Positions 52,432-64,000 of a stretch of DNA of 64,000 nucleotides are shown piece by piece. Positions within the stretch are counted from its first letter, which is position 1, and each line of letters starts with the position of its first letter. This stretch comes from Tubulanus polymorphus (Eukaryota; Animalia; Nemertea): the NCBI RefSeq assembly GCF_964204645.1, contig NC_134025.1, positions 30,112,299-30,176,298 on the forward strand. Direction: 5' to 3'. Below the pieces are notes generated by a model. The model did not search any database and was not told the origin of the DNA. It saw nothing but the letters and a program-made list of their open reading frames with translations. The translations under genes were made by a program, and so were the position numbers.

Positions 52432-55400
52432 CAGGAGAGAGGAAGGGAGACCGGTGACTTTGGGGTCATCGGTTTTATATCTCCATAAAATATGTACATG
52501 ATCGGAATTTATTATTGTTTGATAAATAGAAACTTCACCCGCAGAAAACACGAGTAATTGATTTGTTCTTTTATCTCATTCAGTATTCTGCGTATTTTAT
52601 GAGGATAGCATATGTCACACGATGGACGTATAAACTACAGATTCCACGGTCATCACACGACGCCGAACAAACTACTCTTGACCATTCATTCACTATACTA
52701 CGGCTTGACATTACAGAACTGAGTCAGAAACACCTGAAAATGTTACATATATTATCGGCGGTCAAACTGATGCAGACCAGACCCGTGTCAAATTTGGTCC
52801 ATGCTTCATTACTAAAATACTATTAAAATGATGCTGTGGCAAGTGAGGTAATCACTTCCAGAAGCTTTCAGTATTCACAGAAATGTTGGGAATTTCAACC
52901 GTGTTTAAATCTGGCCATAGACTGTTCTTACATTTTGGTAAAATGATTGACCCAGGCCAAATTTGTTAAGCACTAACACGAATAAAGGAAATCTACATCA
53001 TCAACTCAATCTGATATATAACATAAACATATGAATAAGGCATTTTTATTACTCAACAGAAGCCAAATTGTGCTTATGGGAGAAAAGAATGGATATATTG
53101 GTTCAAATATATAGATATTAGTATTCCGTACTTACATACATGGCATATATACAGGCAGCGTTTGGCAAAATAAGCAAATACGTCCGTTCAGCTTAACGAT
53201 CTACTCTTCATGAATAATCATCATAATTGTCAAATAGGAGGCTATAAAAGTTCACATATATCTAATCACTTATTAATATGATGTGCAATGTCCGTGCACA
53301 CTGAGGCTAACAACAATTAGTATTCTATAAACATTCCCCGCTCTCCATCTCCGGGCCAAAACTATCATCGCTTCGAACCAGTTCCCGCAGCCGGGTTAAA
53401 ACATGAAGTGATTGAAAAATGAACTAAATCAAATCTAGATTTACTCAAACGTTACGAGCAATTATGGAGAATAGGATAAAATTTCAGTGTTCTTTTCTGT
53501 TCGTACCCGGGTCACGTCTGCGTCAATCCCTGATGAGGAATGAGTTAATCAGATGATTTCGCCATCCATAAAACAAAAAATAGCGACATTAAAATCTAGA
53601 TTTGAATATAATGTCACCGTGAATGACGGCATCTTTCAACTTGAAAGGTGTGACAGAGGAGTAGATGTAGTGACATGGTAATCAGTAGTCAGTGGTTTGT
53701 AATACTTCAAAAAGGAACCGAACTCCTTAATTTACGCGGTTCTATCCAATCTGAACATGCTGATTGAATCTGGAACCAGGCAATTATGGGAGTTACGATT
53801 GTGTAAATTATGTCAATTCCAGGTCTTGTTATCGGAGAGAGAAGAGAGGGAAAGAAGAGAAGAGAGACAGGGAGAGAAGAGAAGAGAGAGCAGAACTGAT
53901 CAGTGTCTCATCATTTAGCCTCAAACCAAAGTACATCGTTTTTGTTCTCAAAATTTAATACCTACAAAACTTCTATTCATCTTAGTCAATGTAGAAATGA
54001 GGATTTGGAATTTAATTTAGTTGTTAATGCGCAGTGCTATCACATAATATTAGTCAATGAACAAGAAATGAGCCTAAAGCCAGATATTTGAAATTGAGTT
54101 TACTTTGGATAGTCATTTATAGCCTCCAGGGTCCAGTTACAAGTCTAAAATCATCTTCATTCTAAAGAAACCTTAATTTCAGTCTTATGGTTTAAAACGA
54201 CTATAGAATTTGTGTCACAATACTCATAACTGGACCTGGATGGCTCATCAATATCTACAGGCTTTAACTGAATCTAATCATGGATTACTAGATAATTACA
54301 GATTCTAATCTATGATTTCAATGTTTCGATCGTATATTGAAATTGGGGTCATCCATATTACCGAGATGACGTATTTTACCGAGATGAACCGAGATGAAAT
54401 TAAATATAACATATTTATTTATTCCTTATCGATTTTAACACTTGAAATCATGTTATATCAGTAATAAATACCTTCTAGAGTCATATTTTACATATTCTTT
54501 TATTTTAAAAAATTTTGACTTCAAATACGTAAACTTGGTTAGCAATAAAATTTCATTGAATTTGATTGATTGACGATCTCATCTCGGTAAAGTTAAAAGT
54601 TATTTTTCTACAAAAATATCCGACAAAATATGTAAAATATGAACCCAGCAGGCATTTATTACTGATATAATATGATTTCAATTGTAAAATTGATAAGGAA
54701 TAAATAAATATGTTATATTTAATTTCATCTCGGTTCATCCCGGTAAAATACGTCATCCCGGTATTAAGGATGACCGTGAAATTGAGCTGAACTATTTCGA
54801 AAAGTCTCTTTAAAGTTTCTCTAGTTTCTCCGGGCTCCCGTAAAAACATTAATGTCTCCTTCCTAGTCATCCATTTTTAAGGCATTATTTGAATCTGCAT
54901 AAAACTGTAAATCTGACGCACATTAAAGCCATCGTTCTGACAGAATTATCACTACATAACAACAAGAACGCATTCTTTAAAACTAAAAAAAAGTTCACGA
55001 GCTTTTAACACGTACTGAAAATAACGACCGCAACGCGAAGGTTTATTACGATCAAGAGACGAATAAAAGAGAAATTGCTCGCGGAATTTTATCTACTTTT
55101 TCTCGATTTAGTTTGCAGATCGTGTAGACACTTTAGTAGCGGCGTTTACCTCGGTAAAACTCGATCTAATGAACATCAAACGTGAAAAATAAATTCATCA
55201 CAAAATCCCTCGCCAGTAATATACCACCGTACACTAATCTAATCGAACCACGTTTCGTTATTTACAATGTTCTAATTAGTTCGTTTAATTCTAGAACAAA
55301 CCAATTAAGACCTTCCAAAATAGGGTCGTCCTGGTTTTGGATGGTCGAAATATGTTCGTTCTAAGATCCCAAAAGTTTTCCCTGATTTTTCCATTTCTAG

Positions 55401-58400
55401 GTTAAAAATGTTACGATTCATTCATTTTTCACTGAATTATGTGTTGAAAGTGAAATACAGGGTCAATATCTGAATTCCCCAAGTTTTCCGGGTTTTTTGA
55501 TAAAATTTGTCAAATTCCCTGATTTCCCCCTGTTTTTTCTAGATTCCTGAGTTTCCAAGGTTTCCACGAACGCGGCTGTATAATCAAGCACATCCTCCAG
55601 TGACTGACACACCAACCTTTGATATATATCTATATTAATATTAATATCATATTAGCACGTATATGGAATTGCTGCTGATGTCTTTATCAATTGCTGCGTG
55701 GAGAAAAAATATCTGTGAATCGATAATAGAATGAATAGAAGAGAAGACTGAAGAATATTGAATCGACGCGTGGTTCATTCAGTATAGCTTTCCAACCGTT
55801 TATCATCACTGTCAGCAGCAAGTCTCAAAATCAACAACTTCCACATTTACTGCAACTAGGAAGTTGTTTTTAAGAAACATTTCCTCAAAATGTCGATGAT
55901 TACATGAAAACTATGATTAATTACCGAGTGTTTTATGGCAGACATTCGTCAATAAAGTCGAGGTTAGTTCCGCATCGTTTGAGACTTTCACACGGATGTG
56001 AATCGAGCAAAAACTGCTTTCACAAATATTTGTAGATTCAAGAAACGTTTAGGAAAATGAGTCGATCGAAAAAAAACATTCATTCTTATACTGTATCCAC
56101 TATTAAAACGAAACTGACTAGGTCCGGGGGGCGGGGGGGCAGTTGTTCAAAAGTTGAACCTGTGGATAGATACAACCTTAACAATGTAGTTTTTAATGTC
56201 AGTTAATTACGGACAACTTTTGAGCAACTGTTCCCGGAGTGAAGAAAGAGCTGACAAACGAATTCATCAAATAAATCAACAGAATATCCCAACAATACTA
56301 GTAAAATGAAGGGTGAATCTAGGCAGAGGGCATGTTGATGGATAGATGACTGTGGAAGGAACTGTGGAATTATATTTGACTGTGGAACGTGGATATGTTT
56401 CTTTCTGTAGATGATATTGTTATTTTAGAAGTGAGAAGGCAGCTGCGTTGTTAATAACGACAGTTCACTGCAAATTACCATTGTCATACGGATTATTTGC
56501 ATAATGAAATTGACACGTTGAATAAACAAGATTTGACTGAAGATTTGTTCAACCCCGAGACTGAGCTCAGTAACTGTGTCTTCTGACTGCAGCCCTCAAT
56601 CAATAGCCACCATCACATGACTGTTTTTTGTTTTTGACGTTCATAAATGGTGTCAAAATGGTTGATGCCTATTTGACACAGGCCAAATTTGGCCCAACCA
56701 AAAATTTTCGACTAGACCTGTGCCAAATTTTAAAACAGGTCAAAATATTCCTTGTGAATGCTAACTGGTTCTGGAAGTGGCTCACCTCACTTGCCACAGC
56801 ATCATTTTGATAACATTTTAGTAACGAGTCAGTGATTTACAATTTAGTACAGGCCAAATTTGACTCAAGTCTGGTCCGGACCAGTTTGACCGGGGCTGTT
56901 ATGATCACGACTTTAACTGTTAATACGAAACAGGCACCGAGAAATAGAATGCTAAAATACATTAGTTACTGGTAACAGCAGTGAAAATAATAAAACCTGA
57001 CTGTAAATCTGAGTATCGTTAAATTCAGATTATCTTGCATTAATTTTACTTTAAAAACCGGTAGATTGCTTTTCAAGATATGCATAAATTTCTTTCGACA
57101 ATCTTTAATCTCGAGGTCTGACCGTCAGAGTCAATCAATCAACATAAGATGGATTTTAACTGGTTGATCGTGTCTGCGATGGTTTCGGGATTAAATCTAC
57201 GTAAAATCGAAATGAAATATTGAATACCGAGTGGTTTCGGATTATTAAAATCGGTGGCATTTCGATGTCAATTTCACGTTCGTCAATAAACCGACGTAGA
57301 TGCAATTTCCTTGTTTTTGTAGTTTCGACGAGTTGTGATCGTGGTCTTATTAGTCAACGGCCTTTAAACAAACTTCATAGTGAAACCTTCAATTAAAATC
57401 CAATCAAACTTAAACACTAACCGAATCTGTGAGGCTGATGGGAATTAGGGGATCTACACGAAAAAATCGCTAGTCCTCTCAGCATATGAAGTGAAAATTA
57501 CATGCTTTTCTTAGTTTCAAGGACATCTTTGTAAACGTAAAAGACATCCATCACGCCCCCTGGTGATGATTTAGAGAAGTTTATATCGCAACATTTGGCA
57601 AATATGACCAGGAACTCCTGGAATGAAACTGACGAACAGGTTTAATTCAAATTTCAAATCATCAATTTTTGTTTTGTATGAAAATAATTCTGATATCTCA
57701 CTTTCTCGTGAAATAAACTGAAGTGAATTGAATTGATAGGGCCTGAATTGATGGGGTACATATTCAATCAAGTGAAATGGTAGACATCCAACTGAACTGA
57801 ATATCGTAAATTAGATGGCTACCTTCAGCTACCTGTAGCTAGTTTACCCGGTAAATCATTACGCAATGTGACCTCTGAGTAGTTTTATATAACATAGCGA
57901 TGTTTGTTTGACGTGTGACTTGTTGATTATCAGGGATAGAGATATGATATCTCGAGGATGTGATATGAAAGAGTTCTCGTTAGATTTTAACATCAGTAGC
58001 GAATGATAAAATATGGTATCATATCTAACACCTGACTGTGTCAATCTCGTTTATCCATTTCTGGTAAAACGATTCTTCAGCAGATTTTCAGGGCAAGGAA
58101 GGTTAACGCGAACGTACATGTTATAGCGTAAACCCGAGAACAATGAAGCCCGATCTTAACTGTTTTGATACGTGAAATGCCAGTGCTGGGTGTGGTCGTA
58201 TCGCGATGAATATCAAGAGAATCAGGGCAGTTTTCTGAGAATAAATAACTGCAACAACAGGAGGTAATTTAGAAAATAATTCAAAGACAAACTGCCATGG
58301 ACGATATCTGAGTCGCTCTTACACAACCGGATGCTGGGTGTTATTAGACAGTATTTTACCCAATGACAGGATCTAATAAATAGGTAATAGATCTTGAAAT

Positions 58401-58872
58401 AGGCATATTGGCGAGTACCAGGAGACAATTATAAGACAGGAGGTTAGTGGTAACTGAAATCTGCTTGTATCATGGTAAATTCAGCACCACATAAGTTTGG
58501 TACTTCCGAAGTCCAGAATCTCGTGCCGATGTCGATATTGTTCATCGAGATCTGAAATCTGAAGTCAGGTTCACAACCATTCAGTGACTAATGACTGATG
58601 ACTGACGACTGACGACTGACGACTGATGACTGATGACTTACCGCTTTTCTTATAAAACAGTATTTCAGTTTTCAGTTCTGTTTGCGTCTCTAAAGCGTCA
58701 TCGATTTTCTCTTTCTCTTCACCGACTGTATCCGCCCCGTATAGGAATTTACACGCGCAGCTTTTGGACATGACCTGCGCCCGAGCGAACCCGGTGAGTT
58801 CGCAGAACCCATCCGAACAATAAACCACCGGGTAGTTCTTCGCTTGTGCATTTCCAAGGACGAAATTACTAT
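30294..58872 (-). CDS. Elk-subfamily (KCNH8/KCNH3/KCNH4-like) ether-a-go-go voltage-gated K+ channel; 5'-partial, first exon not found in the window
   Basis: Exons 58642-58872 (PAS: [29 protein letters not shown]), 48464-48619 (PAC), 47513-47673 ([13 protein letters not shown], Elk-typical), 43389-43626 (S1-S2), 42596-42756 (S3), 40119-40329 (S4 [17 protein letters not shown]5), 38599-38787 (pore TSVGFGN), 37656-37855 (S6/C-linker), 36691-36940 and 36058-36275 (CNBHD), 32485-32675, 31333-31466, 30294-31018 (coiled coil, ends QSTDL*). All GT-AG and phase-consistent. Confidence 0.95.
44096..44203. mobile_element. MITE family A copy
   Basis: Nearly identical to 1164-1271, with ~25-bp terminal inverted repeats. 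Confidence 0.8.
47122..47335. repeat. 27-bp minisatellite (aacctgcctgaaacctgtcagtatcag), about 8 copies
   Basis: Directly visible, intronic. Confidence 0.95.
51627..52258. repeat. 31-bp minisatellite (gagttgaaatgagctgctcgtcagtacacat), about 20 copies
   Basis: Head-to-tail units with no spacers. Confidence 0.97.
52349..52449. repeat. Polypurine (GA)n tract
   Basis: Directly visible. Confidence 0.9.
54346..54776. mobile_element. Non-autonomous DNA transposon / foldback element with long TIRs and an 8-bp TSD
   Basis: Starts GGGTCATCC and ends GGATGACCG; imperfect inverted arms longer than 120 bp; TGAAATTG duplicated at 54338-54345 and 54777-54784. Confidence 0.85.
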
Positions 58873-60011
58873 CTGTAAAATACAAAAGAATATAAATTGA
58901 GTTTAACCGAGTCAAAAAAATATTTCTCTTTAGGCAACATTTTATCATTAAATCTCGGTGCATTCGTAAACCGTGCTGATTATGATTTGAGGTAGATCGT
59001 TTTAGATCTTATTATATAACAGGCCTTAGAGTTCGACATCCCACTTGCTCGTCAAACTTGGCATCTTATTTCTGAAACCACTGAGGACATAATTGGCTGA
59101 ATTCTTCTGAAATTGGTTTCTTCGTCCCCTCAACCCTCTGGACACTGTTCTAGACATTACCGGTTCAAATTTTAAAAGAAAAATAAATCAGAGAAATTTA
59201 GAATTCAGCTTTGGATGTCACACAAAGAATCTGAAAGTTTGCAAATGAATTTGAAGGCAAGTTTCCATAAAATGAAGCTATATAGTAATTCATATTTTCT
59301 GTAATAGTTGATTGAATCACAGTAATATTATGAAACAAGGTTTCGCCTCATGATTACTTGAAGTAGACCCTGCCACATATACCGTTCTATTGAATACGAT
59401 GAATGTCTATGAATTCAGACTCTCTGTTTCTGTGTAATCGTGATTATCAAATATCAGACACTAACGCGAAGTGACATTTCAATTCCAACCCCTTCAAATA
59501 CGTAGGATACAATACAAAAACATGAAAACCTATAAAATCCACAAGCAAATAAAACCATCACAGATATGTCGCTGTTTTTAAGAGATCTTAATTTCGCAAA
59601 AAAATCGATTAGAAAAATGGTCATAATTCATTTGATGACAATAGACTCTCAATGACGCAATGTGTGGAACAACTATCAATCGATTAATATAAAACACAGC
59701 AATAAATCATCATCGGTTAAAACAGATCAGGAAAATGAACAATCCATAAAACTACAGCTTTACTGCAGACAGCTATAGATATAGACTACCATAGATTATA
59801 TTAATCTGAAATGAACTTAAAGGATTTCAATTTCACATCTGCCGAATATAGCTAATAGGTGTGGAGCGATTCCATTTACGAATTACTACCAGCTCAAACT
59901 GAGACCATTTCCTCTAAAAGCCTTCAGACAAATCAGTTACGAGTAGCTGAGAAATTTGATCACTAGATTCAAGCTGCAGGGCTCAAACTTCTAATACAAG
60001 ATTCACAGTGT

Positions 60012-60583
60012 AGTATTGGAGGGGTTGGTGGTATTACCGGGGAGAGGGGAGGGGGTACTACTGGTGAAGGAAAGGGGTATTACTGGTGGAGGGGAGGGCG
60101 TATTACTGGTGAAGGAGAGGGGTATTACTGGAGGTCGGCGTATTACTGGGGGAGAGGGGTATTACTGGTGGAGGGGAGGGCGTATTACTGGGTGGGGGAG
60201 GGGGTATTACTGGGAGGGGAGGGGGTATTACTGGGAGGGGGTATTACTGGTGGAGGAGAGGGTGTATTACTGGAGAGGGGGTATTACTGGAGAGGGGGTA
60301 TTACTGGGGGAGGGGAGGGTGTATTACTGGGGGAGGGCGTATTACTGGGAGGAGAGGGGGTATTGGGGGAGGTGGTATTACTGGGAGGGGAAGGGGGTAC
60401 TATTGGTGGAGGAGAGGGGGTATTACTGGGAGAGGGGGCGGGGTATTACTGGGAGGGGAAGGGGGTATTACTGGGAGAGGGGTATTATTGGGAAGGGTGT
60501 ATTACTGGGGAGGAGAGGGGGTATTACTGGTGGAAGGGAGGGGAAGGGGATATTACTGGGAGGGGAGGGGGTATTACTGGGGG
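60012..60583. repeat. G-rich minisatellite: constant GTATTACTGG core with variable G/A linkers
   Basis: More than 25 occurrences of gtattactgg-like cores separated by G-run linkers. Confidence 0.93.
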
Positions 60584-63500
60584 TCAATTCATATGATTGT
60601 TTGACTTGTCACCGTGAACTATTCTCCCTGGTGATTGTGTCACTGTGTCACCATGGAAACATATTCCATACACAACTGTCAATGTTTAAAAATCTACGAC
60701 GGTCGGTCGACTCCGGAGTCTTTTCAGGCCGGAACTAATAAATTTTTTTGTCAGATGAACAGAAATTCTTGTAAGAAGAGAAAGATTAGTTTGTTCATTT
60801 AGATTCTACCAGGTACGATACTACAGTAGGAACACTGTAATTATAGCACATAAAATCAGACAAACATAATTGAATTAGGACTATTTTGTAATTCTGATTC
60901 AGTGTTTATGTCGCTGCTGGTGCTGGTGCTGGTGCTGGTGTTGGTGCTGCTGCAATTCTAGCGCCCAAAAAATCATCAATTCTGCTTAAAATGATGAAGC
61001 TGTCAATGATGTTCTACGTTCAGTCCATTTTTTGTCATTTTTGTCATTTCTTTATGAAAGATGTATAGAGCGAGTATATGACGATGTCGATGGAACAGCT
61101 CCTCCTCTCAGTATCCTTCAGCAAAATATAATCTTATGATTACAGCAGATACGATTCATCATTAGAGATGGTGGTAGCCTGGAGAACTTACAGCTTCAAA
61201 CGCTGACCTTACCAGATACGATGCAATCGCTGGCTGCGGTACTGAGCTGCATGCCTGCTGTTAGCACGCGACTTACACTCATTTTCTGTCTGCATCTCTC
61301 AGTGACGTTTCATATCAAATTTTACACGTGTAAAAGGATTAATTACATTTTTATTGCGAGATCAAACAGATTCTTCTCAACATACAGAACATTCGATCAT
61401 TTAATTAAAATATTCAATTCTTAATTTTTAAAAAATGCACGTTTTGCGGGGAGGAAATCAGGTGCAAGATCTGAGATTTTTGACAAAATTATGTCTTTGT
61501 TTTGCAGAAAGTACTCTAATAATTTGCCATATACGATACATAAAGTGTCCTTAAAATAAATTGGCACACAAACATTTCTAAGGCCTCACGGAAAACTCCA
61601 TTGGAAGAATTTCTGACATTTAACATTTTCAAAATAGAAAACAACACGCGAAATTAGAGATATATAATGATTTATTTCATATTTTAAATCCCTTGAGATG
61701 AAGATACGTCGCACACAGTTATGATTAATTGTGGTGGTAGTGGTGGACGGGGGTGGAGGGGAGGGAGGGGTTGGTTACTAGTTCATCCTGTTCGGAATCT
61801 AAAGGTTTATCAGGATTAGATCTGGTATTAGTCTCAGTTGGATTAATAGCCGATGCTCGTGTAGTAGACTAGTTGTACGCATCGATGCCAAATAGTTAAT
61901 CTATATCGGAATTAAATCGGACAGAGACAATCTGAGTGAGGGAGAGTTGATTCTCATTCATCATTAACCTCGACCCGCTGACGCTGAAATCTAACGTTCA
62001 GAAATCTTAAATAAATCATTTTACCGTCAACGTTTTTCGACGCCGATGAATTAAAACCTCGTTCTTTGACAGACGGAGAAAGTGATTAATTCCGCAAACT
62101 TCAAATCATAATCTTTTCGTTGTCAGTAATAACACACCGCGCGACGCAGCAGCGAAATCTCCAAACGCTCCACTGACAAACTTAATCTGGATGCATCAAT
62201 TTCAAGGAAAAAATAGTTTCTCATTCTCGAGATTGTGAAAACGCAATCGAATCTTGTTGACAAACGTAGCTACAACTAAACTCAATTTGATGATTGTTTT
62301 TAAATGTTTTAGATTCATTTTGGTCCCAAAGGGGCATTTGACTCATTTACCTGGGCCTAACAATTGAAAAATAGTGTTTTATTTAGTATTCGAACAGGTT
62401 TTAGTTAGACATGATATAGACTATGGCAAGCGGCAGATTATAGAAATCAATGATTAAATCAGAAAATCGCTTAAAGCTCTTAAAGCCACAAATCAATAAC
62501 ATCAAACAGACAAATGTCAGATTTGGATTGGAACTTTACCATAGAAATCAGTTCGAATAAGAGCTCACATTTTGACTGCCAATCAAGGATTCCGCTTGTG
62601 GCAAGTGAGGATTCACCTATGGCAACAATGCTGTTTATTGAAACTCAATTTTGCCCGAGTTGTCCTAGAGTTATCCTACTGATACGTGTGTGCGGCATCT
62701 ATTGATATAGTTGCTGCCACAGGGGGCCCTCATTGATCACCATTTCTAAGAAGTTTATACCTTAAGAATTTCGCAAATTCGAAAAACTTTCAGCAAATAA
62801 GATTTTTTCACGGGAAGAATACTTTTTACGAAACCTGTTGGTAATTTCTACGCATAAACAAGTTCACAATTAGCCGGAAATAGAAACAGTAATCGATCAA
62901 TGGAACCATTCATCTATAAACGCATCTGACGAACTGGACAGCTTCGATAGCAAAACTGTCATTCAGTGACAAGCATTCTTCACCGAAATCCTTTGACAAA
63001 TTCTACTACGGACATTGATGGAGTGGATTGCACTGTGAACCAGTAACAAAAAATCAAGAGTGCTCGATACATGTGTCAATCAGATACTAAATCTTGCTAT
63101 CAATCATATACCGGTACCTACAAAACATATCGAGATTTTAGTAATTGGTTTTTGAGGCGGTAAATAGATGCCAGCATACCCACATTTTTTACATGGATCA
63201 AATTCGGCCCATGCCAGATCAGGCTCTTCTCAATATAGCACAGGCCTGTGCTATATTTAAACATTGGACAAATTATTGTGTGTGAATGCTAAATGTAAGT
63301 GACTCACCTCACTTACCACAGCATCATTTTGCTAGTATTTCAGTAAAGAGTGAGTGATTTACGTGTGAGCACTCTCTATAATTAGACACTGGCCAGATTT
63401 TACCTGGGTTTATGGGTTCGATTGGAATGCATCTTTGGCCTCGCCCATCAATAGGAAAAACCCTTGGACGTCCTAATAAATCCCTGAGTTAACGCTGGGT

Positions 63501-64000
63501 AGGTTGAGTCAATTCAGTAATCAACTATTGTGGTAAATGTTTAGTATGGTGGTGTTAATATAAAAGATGTCAGTAGATCACGTGCAAAACAAACTGTGCT
63601 AATTATCAGATGAAACTCATCAACAAGTAGTCTACACTGAGTCACCTGTGAAAATGTGATCTATTTCTGATCAATCGGTCGTCATATTGTCAATTTACAC
63701 TTATCCTAAAGTGTGAAATATATCAGCGTTGATTGCAACGAGGAATATAGATTGTCTCCTATCTGTGGCTCATCATTTGAAATGTGTCCGCAATAATTTT
63801 ACGACAAATTTTCTCCATTTTCTCTAATTGGGAACTTTATTCCACGAGGATTACCATAAAGCTTTCAGAGTATTCTAAAACTGTCACGTATTCATCAGTA
63901 AATAGATAGTTTTCATTATTATTCATGACAAGTACACTTTGTATACAACTTTCATCAGAAGACAATAAATGATTATTTATCACATTTCGTATATTTCTAT

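Noticed and set aside
60016-60738. Gly/Tyr/Trp-rich ORFs of 240 and 142 aa
   Set aside because: Translations of the G-rich minisatellite, antisense within a channel intron.
58964-64000. First coding exon (PAS-cap, MPxxKGLLAPQNTFL-like) of the Elk channel
   Set aside because: Searched by eye and not found; presumed to lie beyond the window end.

Overview
AT-rich, intron-rich animal genomic DNA, probably from an invertebrate; nothing here looks prokaryotic. Five protein-coding genes can be reconstructed from frame-consistent GT-AG exons: (1) one internal exon of a PET-domain (Prickle/Testin/LIMPETin-type) gene on the minus strand at the left edge; (2) an intronless ATRAID-like LRR/EGF membrane protein; (3) a complete 11-exon PSMA1 with two U12-type minor introns; (4) CCDC169, head-to-head with PSMA1 across a 173-bp shared promoter; (5) 13 exons of an Elk-subfamily KCNH potassium channel whose first exon lies beyond the right edge. 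The introns hold minisatellites, at least three MITE families and a foldback element with an 8-bp target-site duplication. The most unusual element is a 3x ~521-bp tandem array in CCDC169 intron 1. Its ~325-nt GC-rich core folds by eye into a closed multi-helix RNA on the sense strand, and two copy-to-copy changes convert G-U to A-U pairs. It is a candidate undescribed intron-encoded structured RNA. Candidate microexons (6 nt in the channel S3-S4 linker, 15 nt in CCDC169) were also found. All folds and splice models were derived by hand and are unverified.
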